Numbered from the stretch's first letter, positions 19,865 through 28,194 are shown. The stretch: 57,432 nucleotides of DNA from Arenicellales bacterium (GCA_048550195.1 JBLYYR010000051.1:1-57432), one strand, 5' to 3'. Notes: generated by a model from the sequence alone, not told the origin. A program made the numbers and translations.

Positions 19865-20200
19865 TTATTCTATTACAACAACCGTGCCGGTCATCTCAGG
19901 ATGTGGGCCGCAGCGGTATGGGAATGACCCCGTTTGTTTGAATTCACGTTCATAGGCATCATCGGGAAACAGGTAGTCATCCGGTTCTTCTTCCCCCAGT
20001 GCTTCGAACCAGACGCTATGATACTGGCGTTTTTCACGGTTTTCCCAACGCAGTATCTGGCCACGTTTAATGGTGATTTCCTGCGGTACAAACTTGTAGT
20101 CCTTGATTGTCACCAATGGCTTAGCATCATCAGCGAATGCGCCAGGTAGAAACGCTGTCAGTATAAAAACCAGTACCAGAGATTGCCACTTCATCAACAT
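19865..20200 (-). CDS. Small cupredoxin (amicyanin-like blue copper protein)
   Basis: 111 aa with a signal peptide. Candidate ligands are His in QYHSVW and the loop C-G-P-H-P-E-M (C-X2-H-X2-M, compare amicyanin CTPHPFM). AAGAGGA Shine-Dalgarno sequence. Confidence 0.75.
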   Translation of the reverse strand: MLMKWQSLVLVFILTAFLPGAFADDAKPLVTIKDYKFVPQEITIKRGQILRWENREKRQYHSVWFEALGEEEPDDYLFPDDAYEREFKQTGSFPYRCGPHPEMTGTVVVIE

Positions 20201-20252
20201 GTCCTCTTCATTTAATGACTATTCAGGCAATCATAACCGAGGCACCGCTCAC

Positions 20253-20287
20253 AAAAAAGGCCACGGGGCAGATATGCCCCCGCGGCC
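20253..20287 (-). terminator. Rho-independent terminator after the NirT-fusion gene
   Basis: The minus strand reads GGCCGCGGGG..loop..CCCCGTGGCC followed by TTTTTT. Confidence 0.6.
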
Positions 20288-20307
20288 CAGTTTACAAATC
20301 AGCCTCT

Positions 20308-22119
20308 TTATTTACCTATTGCGTTGATTTCCGCATCTTCATCATCGAATCCAAGCTTGAGGCCCAGTGAGACATGATGGAAACGGCTGCTGCTGAAGTC
20401 ATCATGAATGGCGAAGCCTATGTTGTACCACTGGTCGGTAGCCATACTGATATCACCCGGCTGATCAGATGTCAGCTTGCGGGTCATCAAAACTGTCCAT
20501 GTTCCGTCTTTTAGCTCGCCGCTGAACTGGACACCCTGGCCGCCGGTCATTACACGCTCAGCAAGGATATAGCCATCCTCCGATTCACCGCTGCCGGATT
20601 TGTAACGCAGCAGATCCATGAAGCTACCGTTCTCCAGTAAGGCCTGCAGTTCGGCTTCATCTTTCAGCTTGTCCCAGCCACCGCGCTTTTTACCCTCTTT
20701 GCCTTCAACTTCGATCGCAGTACGGCTTTCTTTCAGGTACTTGGTGTAGCCATGGCTCAGATCAAGACGTTGAGCCAGGGGGCTTGATGTACGAACAGAA
20801 TCATCGGGCTGGTGTGGCATGTAGTTAGCATCGTGATGGCAGGTTTGCCAGCAGCCGGCACGTTCTGCGTATTCCACTTTGGGGTCATCTTCACTGTCTG
20901 TAGCAAGCATAACGGCTAGCTTGATCTGGTTCTCAGTATCCATCTTGCCGCCTTCGACAAACGAAACCGGCACATGTTGCTCACCCTCTTGCCACTGAAA
21001 CCGCATGTACAGGTTATCAGCATCGTGTGCTGCCTGCATGTTGACCGGTATGCTTCCGCGCTTGCCAGCTATCGGTGTAGATTCTGCCTTTTCACCAGAT
21101 ACAATCAGGTCGCCGATATCCACTTCCTCGTCTTCGTGACAATCGAAGCAACGATCACCTGTTACAAAGGCACGTTTGCCTCCGTGGTCACTGCCTTTCA
21201 GAGCCCATTCCATTGAAGCCTGCCCAGGGTAAAACAGCATGACTTCGCGTGGTTCGATGCTCGACCAGTCGATGTTCGCCGCCGGATTTTGCCCTGAAGC
21301 AGCCACTGCAGCAGCAACCGGTGCCGCTGCTTCGCTTATCGCTGCTGGCTCTTCGGTTGGTTTCGCAACCGTTGTTTCTGTTACGGTTTCCGCAACGGGT
21401 TTAGCTGCAGCAGTCTGGTCAACTTTCTTGTCTGCCTTCTTATCTGTACCATTGCCTGCGCTCTTAGCATCGATGAATGCCTGCCACTGCGGTGGGATCG
21501 GGCGCTTGTTATCCGGGTTCGGTACTTCCAGCGCCGTCAGTTCTTCATCAGTCAGCTGGTCGTGTACTTTATTGTGCGCAATCCCCTTGTGGCAATCGAT
21601 GCAGGTATTACCGACCTGCATACCGTTAATGTGCTGTTTGCGCGAACGTTTTTTCTGATTTTCCGGGTTCATCGAACTGAAATCATGGCAGTTACGACAT
21701 TCACGGGAATCTGTTTCTTTCATGGCACGCCAGACGTTCTGTGCCAGCTGAAGGCGCTTCTTATCGAACTTCTCAGGTGTATCAATGGTACCGAGTACCT
21801 TGTGAAACACCTCGTTACTGGCCTGGACTTTGCGCACGACCTTGTGTACCCAGGGGTCCGGCACGTGGCAATCTGAACAGGTGGCGCGTACACCACTGCG
21901 GTTGGTGTAGTGAATGGTTTTTTTGTATTCCTGAAACACATTCTCTTCCATTTCGTGACAGGAGATACAGAAATCAAGCGTATTGGTTGCTTCCATCGCT
22001 GTGTTGAAACCGCCCCAGAAAACAACACCGACAATCATAAAAAACAATGCGGCGCCAAGCGTCGTGCCCAGCAGAACCTTACGTGACATCAAGCCGAATT
22101 TTCGGGATGAATTAGCCAT
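20308..22119 (-). CDS. nirT: NapC/NirT-type tetraheme quinol dehydrogenase fused to a diheme periplasmic domain
   Basis: N-terminal TM helix plus CISCH, CSDCH, CRNCH and CIDCH. An Ala/Pro/Thr/Glu-rich linker spans about residues 215-285. The C-terminal domain of about 320 aa carries CFDCH and CWQTCH. Confidence 0.85.
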   Translation of the reverse strand: MANSSRKFGLMSRKVLLGTTLGAALFFMIVGVVFWGGFNTAMEATNTLDFCISCHEMEENVFQEYKKTIHYTNRSGVRATCSDCHVPDPWVHKVVRKVQASNEVFHKVLGTIDTPEKFDKKRLQLAQNVWRAMKETDSRECRNCHDFSSMNPENQKKRSRKQHINGMQVGNTCIDCHKGIAHNKVHDQLTDEELTALEVPNPDNKRPIPPQWQAFIDAKSAGNGTDKKADKKVDQTAAAKPVAETVTETTVAKPTEEPAAISEAAAPVAAAVAASGQNPAANIDWSSIEPREVMLFYPGQASMEWALKGSDHGGKRAFVTGDRCFDCHEDEEVDIGDLIVSGEKAESTPIAGKRGSIPVNMQAAHDADNLYMRFQWQEGEQHVPVSFVEGGKMDTENQIKLAVMLATDSEDDPKVEYAERAGCWQTCHHDANYMPHQPDDSVRTSSPLAQRLDLSHGYTKYLKESRTAIEVEGKEGKKRGGWDKLKDEAELQALLENGSFMDLLRYKSGSGESEDGYILAERVMTGGQGVQFSGELKDGTWTVLMTRKLTSDQPGDISMATDQWYNIGFAIHDDFSSSRFHHVSLGLKLGFDDEDAEINAIGK

Positions 22120-22198
22120 GATTATTCACCTTGAAGTTTTATCAGTGGATTGCGCAAGGGTCCTGTTGAAAAGCCCCTTGAGTAATACCTGACTGTGG

Positions 22199-22236
22199 AA
22201 AAAAAGGGCGGACGCACTTTCCTGTGTGCCCGCCCT
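22199..22236 (-). terminator. Rho-independent terminator after nirS
   Basis: The minus strand reads AGGGCGG..loop..CCGCCCT followed by seven T. Confidence 0.6.
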
Positions 22237-22266
22237 GATTCATTTACATCGTAACTTATATACTTA

Positions 22267-23934
22267 TCAAGTTACGTGGTTAACACGGTTATACACGTTG
22301 AATTTACCTGTTGGAGCGTAAAGACCTTTAACGCGTGCTTTTTCTTCCAGTGTCTTGGCATCGAAAATGATGATTTCACCGTTAGGTTCCAGGCTGTCCG
22401 CACGATTCCAGACTGATGCCCACACTTCAGTACCATCTTTGTTGAACTCGAAATGAACAGCTGCATAGCCTTTCTTCTCGGTCAGACGGATAGTCTTAAC
22501 AACCTTGCGGGTCTTCTTATCGATGACCTTAACAGACTGCTGGATAGCAGGCTCAGGGTGTTTAGTCTGGTCAGCCCAAACGTAATCACTCTTAGGATGG
22601 GTACGCAGGAATACGCCAGCACCGTCGGTATCGACTTCGTAGCAGATTTTCCAGGCCTGGTCTTTATGGCCTTTAGGATCGTTGCCCCATGCGGTTACCT
22701 TACCAACACCTAAGTGCGTAGTACCGCCTACAGGACCACACTCAGGATCGATCCAGTTTGCACCAGGACCTGGGTGAGGTTTCTTGTCTACGTCGATCAT
22801 TGCTTCCAGTTTTTGACTCACTGTATCAATAACTACCATCTTGTTAGATGCGTTAGCTGCGATCTGGAAATATTGACCGGTAGGATCGTAGAAACCGTCA
22901 TGCAGGAACTTGGCAGTGTTGATCTTGGTAGTCTTGAGGTTTTCCAGGTCAGAGTAATCAACCTGCCACATCTGACCTAATTCCTTCGCAGCCACTAACC
23001 ATGTAGGAGCCATCGGCGTGTCATAGATCGCAGCAACACGTGACTCGTTAACATACTCACCATCAACGTTAATACCACGAGTAGAAACTACTTTCAGCGG
23101 TTCCATGGTTTCAGCATCAGCGATAACGAAATGAGGAGGCCAGTAACCGCCACCGATAACATACTTGCCATCACCGGATACGGCAACGTCACGTGCATCA
23201 TAAGCAACCTGCACCTGGGCCACTTTCATGTTGTCTGGATTAGCCCAGAGGTCGATCTTGGTCATCATGCCATCACGACCCATGATGTACCAGAAACGGC
23301 CAGGATCCTTGGCTTTCAAGGTATCATGATGCTCGACTGTCTTCAGTACATGTACCGCATAACCGGTAGGAATACGCGCAAACACTTCTTTTTTGTCACC
23401 GTCAATAACCGCGATTGTACCTTTATCACGTTCGATGGCGATGAAGAAGTTTTGCCAGTTACGGTCATGCATTGGCTTGGTTGGATAGGCTGCAGGCTCC
23501 ACAAAAACCTTGTGACGTTCTTTCATGAGAGCCAGAGACATTTCAGGGGGAACCGGTGGATCCATCTGGATATAACGAGCCAGCAGGTCGATCTCTTTAT
23601 CATTAAAGATATCATCGAAGTTATTCATGCCGCCTTCGGTACCTATCTTAATAATTTTTGCCAGACGTTTTGTGCCTAACTTAAGAGTACCTTTGGTTTT
23701 CTTGGCTTTATTAGGCTGCGGTTCCAGGTTTTTACCTGTTGCACCTTTACGTAATACGCCATGACAACCGGCACAACGCTGGAAATACATGCTTTTCGCC
23801 TGTTCGAATTCAGCATCATTAAGTGGTACGAATGCCTCCTTCTTGGCGGCTAAAGCAACTCCCGAAGACGCTGCCACCCCTACACATGCAGCGAATAAGA
23901 CTGCTCCGTATTTTGTTGTATGTTTTATACTCAT
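22267..23934 (-). CDS. nirS: Cytochrome cd1 nitrite reductase NirS
   Basis: ATG at 23934 is preceded by AGGAG. It has a signal peptide, a CAGCHG heme c domain and a d1 propeller. It is the first gene of the nir cluster and has a perfect FNR box upstream. Confidence 0.9.
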   Translation of the reverse strand: MSIKHTTKYGAVLFAACVGVAASSGVALAAKKEAFVPLNDAEFEQAKSMYFQRCAGCHGVLRKGATGKNLEPQPNKAKKTKGTLKLGTKRLAKIIKIGTEGGMNNFDDIFNDKEIDLLARYIQMDPPVPPEMSLALMKERHKVFVEPAAYPTKPMHDRNWQNFFIAIERDKGTIAVIDGDKKEVFARIPTGYAVHVLKTVEHHDTLKAKDPGRFWYIMGRDGMMTKIDLWANPDNMKVAQVQVAYDARDVAVSGDGKYVIGGGYWPPHFVIADAETMEPLKVVSTRGINVDGEYVNESRVAAIYDTPMAPTWLVAAKELGQMWQVDYSDLENLKTTKINTAKFLHDGFYDPTGQYFQIAANASNKMVVIDTVSQKLEAMIDVDKKPHPGPGANWIDPECGPVGGTTHLGVGKVTAWGNDPKGHKDQAWKICYEVDTDGAGVFLRTHPKSDYVWADQTKHPEPAIQQSVKVIDKKTRKVVKTIRLTEKKGYAAVHFEFNKDGTEVWASVWNRADSLEPNGEIIIFDAKTLEEKARVKGLYAPTGKFNVYNRVNHVT

Positions 23935-24043
23935 CAATAATACTCCTACTTGGTTTACCAAAAGTTTTTATCACAAACATTGCTAGAATCATTGTTATAA
24001 CCCGATACAGGCGTAACAATATTCTCTATTGATTTCAGGGTCA

Positions 24044-24057
24044 TTGATTTATATCAA
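24044..24057. promoter_or_regulatory. Perfect FNR/DNR/NNR box TTGAT-TTAT-ATCAA
   Basis: Exact match to TTGAT-N4-ATCAA. It is centred about 117 nt upstream of the nirS ATG at 23934. Confidence 0.7.
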
Positions 24058-24601
24058 TTTTTCATAAATTTCTAAAATACTCAGAACAGGCAGTGATTAT
24101 TGGCTAATCATCTGTTTAATAAGCACAAGAGTAGAGATTCTACCCTTTAAAGATGCCAGTAGAAAGCTACTTCCTCCCTGATTAGTTAACCGAATCGATG
24201 CATACTGGTTATGCTATTCATATTTTGCAGAAGAAGGGTACGGTGTTGATACTGACAGGCCAACAGATTTTTTTGCCTGGTTGAACAGGGCTAAACCACT
24301 TTCCGGGAAAACACGACGGTTCTGCATTGAATAGCCATTAATTTCCTCAATGTAATAAGTTCGAGCTATTTAGCTGTAGTTTGCGCACAGGACAGTATGA
24401 AATCTTTAATTTAAAAATTTATCTATCAATTTCTGGCAGTCAGTATTTTTCGAAATTGAGCTGGCTTTAAGCATCTGCTCTTTCATATTGTTGTACTCAC
24501 CATGATTTATACAGGTTGCGGCAAATTCAAAGGTTTGTTTAATTTTTTCAGATTCTAACTGGTAATCCTCAATATATATCTTCATTATTTTTTTGAAACA
24601 T

Positions 24602-25230
24602 TTACCCTTCCATTTCGAAAATTTCTGCAGACACTTCTGTCCTGATAAGACCTCGAGAAATGGCAACCTCTCGCAATGACGCCATGGTAGTGCCATTGAG
24701 TACCATGGTAGTGATTGTTGCGCCGTATATGCTATCCAGGGTGATGTAACCCTCTCGATCACCACCTCCCAACTGAACACAGTAATCTGCATACAGTCCC
24801 AGGTACTGGTTTTTGAAATCCTTCAGGTCCTGTTCGGAAACACCGGCCAGCAAAACGGGCTCTTCATGACTCACAATCTCTAAACCGACAATTTTCCCCT
24901 TCAAATCAAACCCTACCAGAGTATGCATAGACTTACCGGAGTAGCCGGGTACGGGCAGACATGGTCAGTAAAAAATACATAACCAAGCAGCTTGTTGGCA
25001 TCGTAGACTGCTGCTGATTCAGGCTCACCTTCAAATGGGTCCAGGCTATCTTCAGTCGGGAAAAATGTCAGGGCAAACGGAGTGGCTTCAGCAACAGGGT
25101 CATTTTTTTCAGTAAACCGGCATTTGCATAGTTCTGAAGGGTGAATAAACAAACCATAATAAGAACAATTGTCAGGCAGAACTGCTGTCGTTAATTTTTC
25201 ATCCTGCAAAACATCGAATATAGATTGCAC
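24602..25230 (-). pseudogene. NosR/NirI-family N-terminal FMN-binding domain fragment, frameshifted and truncated
   Basis: Two ORFs join as ...LLGYVFFTDHVCPYP / GYSGKSMHTLVGFDLKGKIVGLEIVSHEEPVLLAGVSEQDLKDFKNQYLG...SIYGATITTMV if one G is restored in the CCGG run near 24945. There is no signal peptide, no TM region and no ferredoxin region. Confidence 0.65.
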
Positions 25231-25308
25231 AGTAAATTATATTCCGTGTGATGCTTAACACTAGGAGGATGATTCATTAAGTTCGAAAATATATATCTGG
25301 CACCAGGA

Positions 25309-25779
25309 TCACAGGCTCCATATCCGTCTACCCTGTTTCATTTGCACAGCGTTCAGGCGTTCAATAATTTCTTCACGTCGCATGAGTATTGACTGGTTTG
25401 CCATGTTTAGAAAAATTATTTCCTCGTGATCATTGTGTTGTTTAATAGCCTTTTTCAAGGGCACCAGCGAATCTAGAAAGTGATCAAAATCATTTTTCTT
25501 AATAATAGATGAAAGGTCATGAACCAGGCGCACGATATAGTCATGTTCTTCGCTCAGATGAATAATGGCGCCGACCGAATCACTGTTCTCCTCAATAAAT
25601 AAAGGATAGAGTACTTCGTCTTCCATTTGCATGTGAAGCTTAAGTTCAGATACGAAGTTCTGAAACAGGTGTTTTGCTTTTTTCCATTCTCCCACATCAG
25701 CCGCTATTTCGCATTTGTTGAGTGCGGCATCGTATTTATCGTGGTCATGTACCAGCCAGTTGTTAGATGTGCTTTTCAC
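25309..25779 (-). CDS. Hemerythrin HHE cation-binding domain protein (DnrN/NorA/ScdA-like)
   Basis: 156 aa with a GTG start. His/Glu-rich helical repeats (HMQMEDEVLYP, LSEEHDYI, HNDHEE) are typical of di-iron HHE proteins. Confidence 0.7.
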   Translation of the reverse strand: MKSTSNNWLVHDHDKYDAALNKCEIAADVGEWKKAKHLFQNFVSELKLHMQMEDEVLYPLFIEENSDSVGAIIHLSEEHDYIVRLVHDLSSIIKKNDFDHFLDSLVPLKKAIKQHNDHEEIIFLNMANQSILMRREEIIERLNAVQMKQGRRIWSL

Positions 25780-25812
25780 CTTTTAACTTCCTGGATGTTT
25801 AGGCTGCTGAAA

Positions 25813-26492
25813 TTAAGTCTCATTCATGTCTTTCCGTAAGCGTAGTAACGATTTTGCCGAAAGTAAGCGGATGTAGCTGATTACATCTTCGATCTCTTTA
25901 TTCGACAGAATGTCCTTCCAGCCGGGCATAAGTGCTGCTCCACTTGAACCATGAGAAATTATCGAGTAAATTTTTTCATTCGACATAAGTTCCATGCTGC
26001 TGGCATCGGTATGATCTGCAGGTTCCATATCAAAGACTTTTGTTATCGTTCCTTTTCCCTTGCCATCAGGTCCGTGGCAAATAGAGCAGTTATTATCATA
26101 AACCTGTTTTCCCATCTGTGGATTACCAGAAACAGGGTGCTTTGAACTGTGTAAATAACGTATGTATCTTATTTGTGCCTGTGGAATCACCAGACCCCAT
26201 TGCGGCATATCACCGGATACCTGACCATGGGGTGCGGTGCCTTCTATTATCTTGAATAACTCACGGTCACTTTATTCTTCAGCCTCTCGTTATTGGTTAA
26301 ATCAGCTGGTTTTGTATCCAGCTTGCCGGCCAGCGTGCCATTGCCCGTGCCATCTTATCCATGGCATACGAAACAGTTGGCTCTGAAAATATGGTAACCA
26401 TCAAAACTTTTAGAATAATCGGCGAATGCACAAGAGGGTATTATACTAACTGCAAGAATCGCAAATTTTTTCCACACTGTCATTTTTTTCAT
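25813..26492 (-). pseudogene. Diheme class I cytochrome c, disrupted by a nonsense codon and a frameshift
   Basis: ATG at 26492 gives a signal peptide and CFVCHG. An in-frame TAA follows at 26355-26357. The frame continues as DGTGNGTLAGKLDTKPADLTNNERLKNK and then breaks at the A-run near 26271-26273. The second frame reads SDRELFKIIEGTAPHGQVSGDMPQWG...CSICHGPDGKG. Confidence 0.7.
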
Positions 26493-26847
26493 CAACCTGC
26501 CCACTTTTGAAACCAGGCAGTTAGATGTGTAGTTCGTATCTCATCTCCCTTCTTCCCCAGTATGTATAGCACTACGATTCCAGAAGTGTCCAATTTAATC
26601 CAGACAGGGAAATCAATATGATCATGATCCCTGGGCTGCTCTTTTTCACGACACTTATACTTATCGTCCCTGCTACCAGTAATTTGTCTTTCTCTACTTG
26701 ACCTGCGATGCCCTTACCTGCTCATTCGGTTGGGGTATCACTACTGTCAGAGACAGCAGAATCAGTAAGATCGCCCTGTTTAACATTTAGCACTTATATA
26801 AAGTATAATCCCGCACAATTCTTAGCCGCTAGAAAGGTCTTATCGAC

Positions 26848-27288
26848 GTGACCCTCAACGAAATCATCCCCTATCTCCCTCATTTCCAGGCAATACTTAA
26901 TACTTTATCTGCTATTTTGCTGGGAACGGGTTATTACTTTATTCGATCTCAAAATCGTAGCGCGCATCGTCTGTGCATGATGTCGGCATTTTTAATCTCG
27001 ACAGTATTCCTGATTTCATACCTGACCTATCATGCCAAGGTCGGATACATGCCGTTTACGGGTCAGGGGAGTATCAGGCCGTTTTATTTCACCATGCTTG
27101 CTTCCCACGTTATCCTTGCCGCGGTCATGGTGCCGATGGTCCTGGCAACGGTTACCTATGCACTTTTGGGCAATTTCAACAAACATCCACGCATTGCACG
27201 CTGGACATTACCCGTGTGGCTTTATGTGTCAGTGACCGGTGTACTGATTTACATACTTGGTTTTCACATTTACAAACCTGAACTATAA
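26848..27288 (+). CDS. DUF420 (CtaM-like) membrane protein associated with heme-copper oxidases
   Basis: GTG start, 146 aa, four TM helices. Characteristic HRLCMMSAF...YLTYH...SHVILAA...HPRIARWTLPVWLYVSVTGV pattern. Confidence 0.8.
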   Translation: MTLNEIIPYLPHFQAILNTLSAILLGTGYYFIRSQNRSAHRLCMMSAFLISTVFLISYLTYHAKVGYMPFTGQGSIRPFYFTMLASHVILAAVMVPMVLATVTYALLGNFNKHPRIARWTLPVWLYVSVTGVLIYILGFHIYKPEL

Positions 27289-27311
27289 AATAGTCAATAA
27301 AGGGTCGACTT

Positions 27312-27539
27312 ATGGCATACCTCTACTTCACAATTACAGCTGTTTTTCTCTACCTGTTTTCGGACTGGCTACTCAACAAAATAGAAGCCTACTATGGCAA
27401 ACGGCTTGAGTATCGATCAGTTATTTTTTTTGTGATTATTATGGTGCTGGCTGTTGGCTCATTTGAAATTATCGATCGAATAGTCGGCGAGCCCCAACAA
27501 GCTTCACCAACACCGCAAACTAGTCCAGCCAAAAAATAA
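27312..27539 (+). CDS. Small two-helix membrane protein, unknown function
   Basis: 75 aa hydrophobic ORF with a Pro/Gln/Ser/Thr-rich tail. Confidence 0.4.
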   Translation: MAYLYFTITAVFLYLFSDWLLNKIEAYYGKRLEYRSVIFFVIIMVLAVGSFEIIDRIVGEPQQASPTPQTSPAKK

Positions 27540-27681
27540 ATTTGCAGGAAGAGGAACCGCAGAGAGTACTGCAGGATTTTTGTACACTAAGACGATAATT
27601 TCTGTGTGACGTGCATGGGATAAACTAAAACCGCAATCGCAGGACGAACAAGAGTAGCCCTTTGCGGTAAGTATTTAGTAC

Positions 27682-28194
27682 TTATTGAACAGAAAATCCT
27701 TTCAGTTGATCAAACTCAACCAGCAGGATTTGGGCAGGCTTAATGTCTACATCCTTCTCTATTGAATGATTGAACCCCTGTTCACGAACACTGTCATCCA
27801 TTTTTATCTGCAAATGATGTTTACCGACAGGGATTCTACTGCTGTAGTAAATATTTATACTGCCGTCTTTAAATATACCCGGCGGCTGCATTGATTCGTT
27901 GAAGATTACTTTACCGTCCAGTAAAGCTTCAATAATAACTGGCGACCTTTCACGGGGACAATCATCAGGCTTGCGCATGTTTGGAGGCAACTTCATTAAT
28001 TCTTCCTGGCTGATCTTGCGACATGGCTCACGCAAATCACCGGCATGTGCGAAGGCAATAGTAACAATCGCCTCGTCATCTTCGATAATCCGAATTGCTG
28101 GCTGAAAGGAAAAATACCATACCAATGCCATAAAAATGGTGTAATTTATAGCCTGCAATAGATACCGAAGCGCTTTGTTATTCACCCCCTGCAT
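27682..28194 (-). CDS. Membrane-anchored protein of unknown function, coupled to the cytochrome b fusion
   Basis: 170 aa with one N-terminal TM helix. Its ATG overlaps the TGA of the upstream gene (TGATG). Confidence 0.6.
   Translation of the reverse strand: MQGVNNKALRYLLQAINYTIFMALVWYFSFQPAIRIIEDDEAIVTIAFAHAGDLREPCRKISQEELMKLPPNMRKPDDCPRERSPVIIEALLDGKVIFNESMQPPGIFKDGSINIYYSSRIPVGKHHLQIKMDDSVREQGFNHSIEKDVDIKPAQILLVEFDQLKGFSVQ

Noticed and set aside
23131-23679. 182-aa ORF antisense to nirS. The same reasoning applies to 18301..18810 antisense to nirN and 9678..10208 antisense to leuS.
   Set aside because: These are shadow ORFs inside confidently identified genes.
24060-24405. Possible gene remnant between the nirS promoter and the NosR fragment (for example the minus-strand stretch INGYSMQNRRVFPESGLALFNQAKKSVGLSVSTPYPSSAKYE)
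   Set aside because: It is short and has no start codon and no recognisable family. It could be further decay debris, but I cannot support a call.
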